Positions 25,397-35,789 of a stretch of DNA of 64,000 nucleotides are shown here, piece after piece. The translations under genes were made by a program, and so were the position numbers. The notes under the pieces are model-generated. The model did no database searches. It saw only the letters and a list, made by a program, of their open reading frames with translations, and was not told the DNA's origin. Position 1 is the stretch's first letter, and every line of letters begins with the position of its first letter. Source of the stretch: Octopus sinensis (lineage: Eukaryota); assembly GCF_006345805.1 (NCBI RefSeq), contig NC_043001.1, positions 43,586,001 to 43,650,000 of the forward strand. Reading direction: 5' to 3'.

Positions 25397-26112
25397 TTGA
25401 CATCTGCTCTTCTTTTCATTCTCGTGAATTCATTTCACCCTTTTTGGATGGACTTGTGACTGGTGACGAAAAATGGATGTTCTATCGAAATGTTAAACAT
25501 TGTAAACAGTGGTTTGGTAAAAGGGAAAAATCTCAACCACAACCGAGAAGGGAACTTATGGGGAAAAGGTTCTTTTCTCTATCTGGTGGGATTGCAAAGG
25601 AGTAATTCACTTTGAATTGCTACCACCTAATGCAACAATCAATGCTCAAGTCTACTGTCAGCAATTAGAGCATTTGAACCAAGCTTTGAAGAAAAAAAAA
25701 CCCGCTTTAGTGAATAGAAAAGGAGTGATGTTTCATCAGGACAATGTGCGATCCCACACTGCAAAGATTATATCACAGAAGATCGAAGAGCTTGTTGGGA
25801 AAAAATTCCTCATCCACCTTATTCTCCCGACCTTGCTCCTTCAGACTACCATTTGTTTTGTAGTTTACAGAATCATTTGGGTGACATAACTTTTGCAAGC
25901 CAGGAGGAGGTCGAAACTGACATTTCAGAGTTCTTTGCTTTGAAAGCAAAAGAGCTTTACAATGATGGGATTAAAAAGCTTGTAAATAGATGGAAGGAAG
26001 TCGTAGATAATCAGGGAAAGCACATTGATGATTAAATTTCAATTAAATATAACATTTGATCACTTGTTTTCTTTATTCAAAATTTGGACAGAATTTATAG
26101 GATGACCTGATA
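25000..26112 (+). mobile_element. Defective mariner (5'-truncated, interrupted by the inverted insert)
   Basis: EDENRTECPVEFDD, KWVPHEL, VTGDEKW and FHQDN motifs across broken frames. Right TIR ggatgacctga-TA. Confidence 0.92.
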
Positions 26113-26920
26113 GATATATACATATATACATATGTACGATGGGCTTCTTTCAGTTTCTGTCTACCTAATCCACTCACAAGACTCTGGTCGGCCTGAAGCT
26201 ATAGCAGAAGACACTTGCTCAAGTTGTCATACAGTGGGACTGAACCCTGAACCATGTGGTTGTGAAGCAAGCTTCTTACCACACAGCCACGTCTGTGCCT
26301 ATATATGATTACTTGAAATCTGAAAATTGCCCTGCCCATTCTAACTTGGAAATAAGATATGATGTGTGTGTGTGTGTGCACGCGTGTGTGTACACGTGTA
26401 TTAGTGGAGGTGTGTGGCTTAGTGATTAGGGCAATTAGCTCACAATCATAAGGCTGTGAGTTCAATTCTCTGCAGCACGTTGTGTCCTTGAAGGAGACAC
26501 TTTATTTTACATAGCTTCAGTCCACTCAGCTGGAAAAATGAGTAATACCAGTAGTTCAAAGGTCTGGCCCAGTCACATTCAGTGTCATGCTGAATCTTTC
26601 TGAAAACTTTGTTAAGGGTTTGCATGTCTGTGGAGTGCCACTTGCATATTAACTTCATGAGTAGGCCATTCCTTCGATTGAATCAACTGGAACCTGTGTC
26701 GAGATAACTGACAGAGTGCCAGATATATATATATGTATATATAATTGAAAAATGTTGTAGAAAACACAGTTTTTTCAATTATCTATTCATACACAACAGA
26801 AGCCCAGATGCAAACCTGGAAATACCTATAATACTACTACTCTATAGCACTGGGTGAAATCTGAAGGTGGACAAGCTTTATACTGTATTCTACTACATTT
26901 TTAACAGAATATACCATGAC

Positions 26921-26952
<32 letters not shown>

Positions 26953-26956
26953 CATG

Positions 26957-27000
<44 letters not shown>

Positions 27001-27795
27001 TATATGCAAACAGGAAAATAGAGCTCAAAACATGAATATATTTGTTTTCCTTATTATTAACAATTGATGAGGATGTGAGCTGGCAAAAATGCTTAGCAGC
27101 ATTTCTTCTGACTTAACATTCTGAGTTCAAATGCCATCAGGGATTAACTTTGCTTTTCATTCTTTTGAGAGTCAATAAAATAAGTACCAGTTGAGTACTG
27201 GAGTCGATGTAATCAACTTGACTTCCTCCCAAAATTACTGGCCTTGCACAAAAAATTTGAAAACCATTATTAACAACTGACAGATGTTACAGAATAACCC
27301 GAGAATTGCTTTTTGTGCATTAGTGCTTATCAATAAGTGTCAATGCATGAATCTCTTTGCCATTGAGCCATTCTGTAACTTCTGCCAATGATCAATAATA
27401 AATGTGTGTGTGTGTGTGTGTGCGTGTGCAAGCTTTTTCTTTGTTAGTTTCATTATTGAGTGATAAGATTTCCTAAAATTAAAACAGCTGTGTAGAGTAT
27501 CATTGAAGTTATTTCGGAATAGAATTACATTGGATATAATTTGGTATTGGATCAGGATGTAGAACTACAAATGACATATTCTCAGAAAAACAGCTGCTAA
27601 GAAAAAAACCACTGGGCTTTACATTTATCAGTCAACAGTAAACCATTGATAGGTTCCTTCACTCTGCAGCGTAGGGAAAGATAGGGAACCTAGATATACC
27701 ACTTTTCTGATTGGTACATTTTCACAATTTAATCTGCTGAGCCATGAATCCATCTAACGTAATTTATCCATCTTTATATGTCTATTGTATGTGTG

Positions 27796-27875
<80 letters not shown>

Positions 27876-27932
27876 AATAACCATTTTAATTGACATTATG
27901 TTTAACTTTCTCTTAATTTTGATTTATTTCAG

Positions 27933-28839
27933 ACCAAAGCAAAAATCTGTGGCAGCTCCACCATCTTCAGCAACTGGTTTATATGGTTGTACTCACCTTC
28001 CTGAGAATTTTGATGCTGCTTCACCAGAGGAAGAGAATACTTATTTTACTGTTGAAGCTGATGATGATGAAATTATTCAGAAAAAAGTTGAGGAAAACAC
28101 TTACAATTGTATTGATGAAGTTAAAGGGTCAAACCAGGATCCTGTTGTTGAGCGCTATAGTAAATTAAGGAGTCCAAGGACAGTGTTAGAGAAGATACCC
28201 TCTTCGACTATCAAAGACAACTATGATCAAATTGTTGAAGAAATGGTTCAGGGTAGAATGAATTCCACCTGTCCCAGAACAAAGAAAGCAAAGCAGAATG
28301 GATCTCTGAGAAAAACAGGTAGCCTTCATCGGCAGGCATCAAAAGATTCAACAGCAAAGCCAGGTTCTCCAGAGGTTAATGAGGCTATAGTATATAAAGA
28401 AGTTCCATGTTATCAATGTTCTTCTCTGTCTCCAGAATATTTTGACCGTGCCCTTCCATCAGCTCCTCTGATGGAAAGTGACAGTGCATCAGAGCCTGAT
28501 GCGATTTATGAGAGAGTTGATGATTTACTCACTTCTGATCAGGACAGGAACAACAGTCAGGTTAATGACATTTATGAAACTGTTACAGAGCCAAATGAAT
28601 TAAAAAGTCAGTATTCCACATTCCAAAGGCAAACAGATGGTAAAGTTGGTGAAAATAACTCACTAAACAACTCTTTAAGAGATAAAAAACCTGCAATTGC
28701 CAATGGTAATCTTCAGCCACCAAGAATTTATGACCATATCTCTGACAAATGGAACGACACAGATAAGCCACTTCATCTCATTCCATCTGATGAATATGTA
28801 TATACACAGTTACAAGATGACACTACACTAGGGTCATAA
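27933..28839 (+). CDS. Host gene terminal exon E: ~300-aa Tyr-motif-rich cytoplasmic tail
   Basis: Acceptor atttatttcag|. Phase 2 matches exon D (AG|A = Arg). 907 nt open to TAA (ORF 27778-28839). Non-repetitive sequence with motifs YFTV, YNCI, YSKL, YDQI, YKEV, YERV, YETV, YSTF, YDHI, YTQL. Confidence 0.92.
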
Positions 28840-29097
28840 ATTGATTAAGTGACAAAGTAATTTCATAACTTAAAGCAGTTCTGTTTTGAAAAATGGGTAT
28901 TGTTCACTTCTCTCAAAACAAAGAAGCATCAACACAAACAATGACAACCATTTACATTTGCTGAGTTATGAAGGAATTTTTAAATATGGAATCAAAAGTT
29001 GATTTCTTTTTCTCATATTTTGGGTTGGGAAAGATTTTGTTATATTTAATGCTTATGATAATATCATTTTTTACTATTTCTTTTTGCATATATTTTA

Positions 29098-29169
29098 TCC
29101 TAAAATTTCTAGTGGTTAGGATTCCTGGCTTTCACCCAGGCGGCCCGCGTTCGATTCCCAGCATGGGAA
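29098..29169 (+). pseudogene. tRNA-Glu(TTC)-like pseudogene with degenerate 5' acceptor strand
   Basis: tctagtggttaggatt (D arm/A box), cctgg-ctTTCac-ccagg (anticodon stem-loop), gcgttcgattcc (T loop/B box), catgggaa 3' end. The 5' strand tcctaaa does not pair fully with catggga. T5 run just downstream. Confidence 0.8.
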
Positions 29170-29184
29170 CGTTAATTTTTATAG

Positions 29185-29580
29185 GCATAGGAGTGGCTGT
29201 GTGGTAAGTAGCTTGCTTACCAACCACATGGTTCCAGGTTCAGTCCCACTGCATGGCACCTTGGGCAAGTGTCTTCTACTACAGCCTCAGGCCGACCAAA
29301 GCCTTGTGAGTCGATTTGGTAGACGAAAACTGAAAGAAGCCTGTCGTATATATGTATATATATATATATATGTGTGTATATGTTTGTGTGTCTGTGTTTG
29401 TCCCCCCAACATGGCTTGACAAAAGATGTTGGTGTGTTTACGTCCCTGTAACTTAGCGGTTCGGCAAAAGATACCGATAGCATAAGTCCTAGGCTTACAA
29501 AGAATAAGTCCTGGAGTTGATTTGCTTGACTAAAGTGGGTGCTCCAGCATGGCCACAGTCAAATGACTGAAATAAGTAAA
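29185..29580 (+). mobile_element. Composite tRNA-derived SINE (head + CORE-like + TA/TG microsatellite + 3' module)
   Basis: ggagtggctgtgtggtaag...ccttgggcaagtgtctt...(TA/TG)n...gtgctccagcatggcc...gactgaaa. Copies at about 26145-26300(-), 39845-40228, 46050-46400(-), 49085-49385, 50968-51362, 58965-59090 and 59445-59630. Confidence 0.85.
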
Positions 29581-29981
29581 AAAAAGTAATTATGTACAAA
29601 ACCAAATTTTGGTTCAGTTGTACCTACAGATCTGAGAATAATATTTCTTTTAACATTTGCAATTTTTTTATGTCAAATTCATTTTTGAAGTAACTTTTCA
29701 TAAAATTATTGGAGACATTTCTTTCACATTTGTGAGAACACAAGTTATAATATTCTTTTGTCATATTTAGTTATCAAAGATGTCATATTGACAAAGTGAA
29801 GACAAGTATTTTGTTTATTAACACACTTTTGTACTAAACATGTTTTTCTTCTTAAAACGTAATGACTTCAGTTTTTTTATTTATTATATATCTCATTGGA
29901 AATGCTTTGCTCCATGTTTTGATTTGGTTTGAATTAGATTTTTTTTTTCTGATTTTAAAACAAAGGAATATAATAAAGCAA

Positions 29982-30176
29982 GAGTGTGTTACACTCCCAT
30001 TTCAAAAGGCAGATGTTCTTGAGTGTGTTACACTCCCATTTCAAAAGGCAGATGTTCTTGAGTGTGTTACACTCCCATTTCAAAAGGCAGATGTTCTTAA
30101 GTGTGTTACACTCCCATTTCAAAAGGCAGACGTTCTTGAGTGTGTTACACTCCCATTTCAAAAGGCAGATGTTCTT
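29982..30176. repeat. Minisatellite, 5 x 39 bp
   Basis: Unit gagtgtgttacactcccatttcaaaaggcagatgttctt at 29982, 30021, 30060, 30099 and 30138. Only isolated substitutions. Confidence 0.97.
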
Positions 30177-30505
30177 GACTATAATGTTTCAATGTGAAAT
30201 AGATGTCAGTAAGATTTAGAGAGTAAGGAGATAAGCAAAAAACTAATGAATATTTCTGAATAATATGTAATAAAAGGTGATTTATTATTATTATTATTAT
30301 TATCATCATCATTATTATTGTTTGATTGCATTTAATGGAGTGGGGATGCATTTCTAATACAGTCTGAGGAGATAAATATATTTAACTGCAAGACAGTCAA
30401 AGTTAAAGGTCTTGTTTCAATTTCTGATGAAATAAATGTTTCTTTTATACAACTGTCTCTTTCTTATACACCCTTCTTGTTCATCATAACACTGGACTAT
30501 GTTTT

Positions 30506-32920
30506 TGCTGTGGAAGAATTTTGACCATACCCAAGTGACTAAAGGTGGATTGTCTCATTGTTATAAAACAAAGAACTGTGAGCGATTGGCAGTTTGTATT
30601 GGTTAGCAGTTTGCTGTTAGCTGTGATTGAGAGTGTTGAGTTTCATGTAATATTAATAGTGGTGCATTGTGTATATACTTTCTTCACCCCTGCTTTATTA
30701 TATCAGATATCCAAATACAAAGATATAGAAGTGGCGATGAGTTGTTTGAAACTGGTGTTGGGCAATTAAAATTTTTGGTACAAAATCAAAGAAAAAATCA
30801 TTTTAAAATGGAGAACTTATTGACCTGCATGGTGTAGTTGCAACAGCAACTACAGCAGCAACTTCGTTAGCAACAACAAAACCAACAGTTGCTGGAATTA
30901 ACACTGAAAAAGTCTGAAAATACTTCAGGTTCATACTTGCCAGACAGCAAAGCAAATTCAATTGGAGAATTCAAATACAATCCAGAAGGTATCTTCTCTA
31001 CATATTTTCATAGATATGAAGAAATCTTCAAAGAAGAGTGTAAAAGTTGGTCTGACAAGAAAAAAGTATGACTACTTTTAAGAAATTTATCTCCTGCCAA
31101 ATATGAAAAATACAGTAATTATATTCTGCCAAAGAAGCCAGATAAGATTTGTTTCAATGAAACAATTAATATTGTTACCTGTTCAATACTCACTGGCAAT
31201 GTTTAAATTTGGTCAAAAAAGATGATGAAGATTTCATCACCTATGTCGGAGTGGTTAACAGAGAGTGTGAGAAATTCAAATTGAATGAGTTGACCCTGGA
31301 TATGTTCAAGTCTTTAATTTTTGTTCAAGGGCTTATTGCATGGAAAAATGCAGATATATGTTTCTGGATATTAACAAAATTAGAATAGGACCAAAATTTA
31401 ACTGTACAGGCAGTAGCAGAAGAATGTCAGAGGATTAGTAATCTACAACATGATGCAAATAAAATTGAAGGGGAAGATTGTTCTCAGATTCAAGCAAGTC
31501 GACCGGTAATGAATAAGAAAATAGACAAAAAATGTCAAGACCGGTGGTCTACATCTTGAAAATAACTGTCTGTTTAAAAATATAAAATGCTTCAAATATA
31601 GTAAAATAGGCTATAAAAGGTTGCATTGTCGGACAGAACCTAAAAAATGGTTCAACAGAACAAATTGATGTAAACGGATTATTGGTGACAAAAAATATGA
31701 ACGAACCTCAAAGAACATTTGTGTATGTAAAAGTTAATGACACAAGTGTAAAATTACAGTTGGATACAGGTAGTGACATCTCAGTAATTAACATAGATAC
31801 ATGGAAACAGATTGAGAGGCCGAAATAGAATGAAACCCTGGAAATTGTCCATGGTGTTTAAGGAAAAGAATTATATTTTAAGGGTGAATTGATAAGTAAC
31901 ACTACATTTTGTGAAAAAAACCTTAAAGGCTAAAGTTTTTGTGTTAAATAATGCAGCAAACTTGTTCTGTACTGACCGAATTGAATTCTTTAATTTATGG
32001 GACCTCCCCATAAATCTTTTCTGTAAAAATATAAATGGCTTTCCCTCCAATAGAGATAAGTTGTCAGACAAATTGCAAAAAAAAATTTTTTAATATTTTT
32101 CCTGAAGTGCTGTCTGATAAATTAGGTCTGTGTACCAGAAAATGCCATTCTGACATTTAACCAAAAACGAACGATATCATTCAAAGTGTTAGAACAGATA
32201 AATGTAGGATTAGAGAGACTACAAAAAATTGGAGTTATCCAAAAAGTGGAATATTCTAAATGGGCACCACCAACATTAAGAAAAAGAATAATAAAATCAC
32301 TGTGTGCACTGATTTTTTCCACTGGTTTAGACAAATGTCTTAAAATGTGCTATTATCCACTACTCCAGTGGATATCTTTGCAAAATTAAACGGTGGCAAG
32401 ATATTTTCTAAATTGGATTTCTCTGAAGTGTACTTACAAATTAGAGTAGACGATGAATTCTCTAAATAGTTAACAATTAACACACATAAAGGACAGTGTA
32501 AATACAACATGTTAGCATTTGGCTTAACAATACCACCAGTAATTTTCAAAAGATTATGGATGCAATGTTAGTGGACTGTGAATTTGCAATTCCTTTTCTG
32601 GATGATATACTCATTAAAAGTGAATCCACATGTCAACACGTAGAGCACATAAAATATGTATTCAAAAAAATTAGGGATTACAGCTTTACATTGAGTGAAG
32701 GAAAGTGTGAATTTTTCTTACCAAAAATAAGATATTTAGGACACAAATGGATGTCGACGAGACCTGTCGAGGGTAGACACAATAAAAATATGCTCCCTCT
32801 GATTAATATAGCAACCATACAAGCATTTTTAGGACTGGCAAATTATTACCAAAATTATGTCCCAAATATGAGGGTTTCATTGAATAATCTGCTGGAAAAG
32901 ATATTAAAAATAAGGAACTA
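30506..32920 (+). mobile_element. Decayed Ty3/Gypsy LTR retrotransposon (5' LTR, PBS, gag-pro-RT; 3'-truncated)
   Basis: LTR-like 30506-30730 starts tgctgtggaag and is homologous to both LTRs at 52967-55438. PBS-like gtggcgatgag at 30731. Gag (SIGEFKY...RYEEIF), protease (LQLDTGSD) and RT (WAPPT, FLDDILI, IRYLGH) with many stops. Confidence 0.88.
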
Positions 32921-33099
32921 AGTGAGTTTATGAGTAAAGGGACAAAATACAGAGAACACAGTAAAATTAGTAAATATAATTAAAAGAAGGTTATATTTAA
33001 AACCATTAATGAATTCATAGTTAAATTAAGTCTCAAAAATAAGGTCAAATTGGAGCGGATCAATAGCTGGGTTAGCAAATTAACTTTATGGTAGTTAAA

Positions 33100-33755
33100 T
33101 ATTTAAAGAAATTTGATAAGTGGCTAGGGAAAGATTCAGTTTTGAATAAACCACTAGTTAAAGAATGTATAAATGAATTACATTAAAAATATGTAATAGT
33201 ACCAGCAGATAAAGCAGCAGGGAATTTTGTGATAATTTGTAAAAAAATATTATATGATGGTTGTAGGTAAAGAGTTAGGAGTGGATAGATAATTTAAGTT
33301 TATAGGTAACAACACATACAAAGTTATACCAGAAAACGTTAATGAGTTAGTTAATAGACTTATATCCACAGTAGAAAGATTGAGTGGTTTAGAAGTGGAA
33401 GAAAAGGATAAAAATATCCCTATACTTTTTTTGATTCCTAAACTACAGAAATGTAGATTCATAGTAGGAGCTAGTAACTGTACAAATACACAGCTATCTA
33501 TATTGGCTAATGATTCTTTAAAAGTTGTTAGAACATATTTTAAAAAATATTGTGATAAAATTTATAACAGTTCAGGAATTATTTTTGGAGTATTAGATCA
33601 ACTAAAGAATTTCTTGAAAGATTGATCAAATGTAAGAAAGTTAAGAGTATGTATGTGTCTGATTTTTCAACACTATATACAAGCTTAAATCTTAAATGTG
33701 TGGAAGATGGTATTTTTAGAATATTAGATATTATTTTTAATAAAGAATATAAATG
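33100..33755 (+). mobile_element. Penelope-like RT fragment, cut by a mariner insertion at TA
   Basis: YVIVPADKAAGNFVIICKK, FLIPKL and DFSTLYTSL-type motifs in broken frames. Confidence 0.65.
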
Positions 33756-33757
33756 TA

Positions 33758-34915
33758 CGAGGGGCGTTCAATAAGTAATGCCCCTGACCTACTTCCCATT
33801 GCAGTAGAGCAACGAAACTTGGCACAGTTATTAGTCTTTTTCTACATAGGAACCACCCAGAATTACACATTTCTCCCATCGTTTGATGCAGCTCTGGAGA
33901 CCGTTTTGTAGAAGACCCCATCTTGGTCTTCCAACCACAACGTAACTTCAGAAATCAAGGCTGCATCATCTGGGAAATGCCTTCCTTTCAAAAACAACTT
34001 CATGGCTGGGAAGAGGTGAAAATCAGGGGGTGCAAGGTCAGGAGAGTAGGGGGGATGGGGGAGAAGTTCATAGCCACATGCCTGTGCTTCTGATCTGGCA
34101 ACACGCGAGTTGTGGACCAGAGCGTTGTCCTGCAGAGGAGGATGCCTTTACTGATTTTGCCCCGCCTCTTGATTTTGATAGCTTCTCTTAATTCCTCAAT
34201 AGTGAAGCATAATAGGCTCCTGTAATTGTGGTACCCTTTGCTAGGAAATCTGTCATCACTACTCCGTCCTGGTCCCAGAAGACTGTGAGCATGACCTTGC
34301 CAGCGGAGGGCTGCACCCTGCCTTCTTTGGAGGAGGTGAGTCACGGTGCTTCCACTGCATTGACTGGGTATGGTCTCTGGATCATAGTGATGGACCCAGG
34401 TTTCATCCTGTGTAATCAGTCTTTTGAAAAATTTTGACTCATCTTCTTGGCACATCTCCACGGGAGACTTTTGATGAAATGAAAGTAACTTATGGTGATG
34501 ATGCCCCATCATATGACCTTGTAAAATGCTGGCATCGTGAATTCAAACATGATTGGAACTCTGTTGAAACAGCTCCCAGATCTGGTCGCCCCCCTTCTGC
34601 ATCAATGGCAGAAGGGGGCGACCAGATCTGGGAGTTGTTTCCACAGAGGTCCGATCATGTTTGAGTTCATGATGCCAGCATTTTACAAGGTCATATGATG
34701 GGGCATCATCACCATAAGTTACTTTCATTTCATCAAAAGTCTCCCGTGGTGTGTGTCCTTTCAAATACAAAAACCGGATCACTGCTCGACACTCAACAAG
34801 CTCCTCTGTTGTGATGGCAATATCGTGGTGATTAATTCCTTATACACTTGGATATGCAGAAGCCATACTGAAAATTTTTTCGCACGTGTTGATATCAAAG
34901 TGAACAACTTTGAAT
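33758..34915 (-). mobile_element. Defective mariner (minus strand) with an internal fold-back
   Basis: TIR TA-cgaggggcgttcaataagtaatgcc. N-terminal MIRFLYLKG...RSGRP and catalytic ITQDETWVHHYDPET. The other TIR was not found. Confidence 0.9.
34458..34749. repeat. Near-perfect palindrome, ~143-bp arms, 7-nt spacer
   Basis: 34458-34600 vs 34608-34749 are reverse complements with a handful of mismatches. Spacer atcaatg. Confidence 0.95.
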
Positions 34916-35789
34916 TACGCGCGGTTTTAGTGATGGTGGTGGTGGTCATTTACTTCAATCCCATCTCATCGAATTCATGTGGCGTTATGAATTTAAGTAC
35001 GAAATCTTCGGAAAGTTATTGGAGCAAATTCGACATCTATATCCATGTGTTTGAGACCTTATAAGTATCTATAGAGCATAAGTATCACATTTATTTTAAA
35101 ACTTAACTTCAAACTTCATTTGTTTCATATTTTGATAAATTCTCTCTGTTGAAAATTATATTTTTATATTCTAAATAATTTGCAATTTCAAAAAATATAT
35201 TAATTTTGCGTTTTTTAATTTGATAAATTCTACGGAATAATTTTGCGCGTTTTTTGATAAATTCTACGGAAAGAATTTAGCCTGACAGCTAATTCCGTGG
35301 TAGTGCCAAAAAATTTATACATTTGTGTGAAGAAATTAATATTAAATTCAACAAATTATATACGTCTGTGTAAAAAAAAAAAATAATTAAGTTTCAGAAA
35401 TTATATACGTTCGCGTTTGTGTAAAAAAAAAATTATTATTTAAGTTTTAAAAATTATTTACTTTGTTCAAAAAATATTATTAATATTAATTAATTTTCAA
35501 GAATTATTTAATTTATATAATTAATTCATTAATTTTATTCTGTAAAATAGTACAAATATTCTGCAAATCCGCGAGGGAATCGCTATGTTGTCACTCAGTT
35601 ATTATAGTAGTAACTATGGAAGACTGGTGGGATTGTTATTTGTAGGGACTTAAAGATTGGTCGTTATTTAATATATAAATTTATTATTGTAGGTTTACTA
35701 TTAATACCGATACAGATGTACATAGATTTGTGTGTTTCTTCTAGTTTAATTTTAAAATTAGTGCTTAATCCTGCCTATATTTTATTGAA

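Noticed and set aside
3019-28839. Assigning the gene symbol EVA1C/eva-1 to the host gene
   Set aside because: Only the architecture is similar. No sequence-level recognition, and the tail is atypical, so it is left unnamed pending a profile search.
29982-30176. 39-bp hairpin repeats as a CRISPR array; ORF 29862-30197 as a repeat protein
   Set aside because: Units are contiguous with no variable spacers, no cas genes are present and the context is eukaryotic. The ORF is open only because 39 is divisible by 3.
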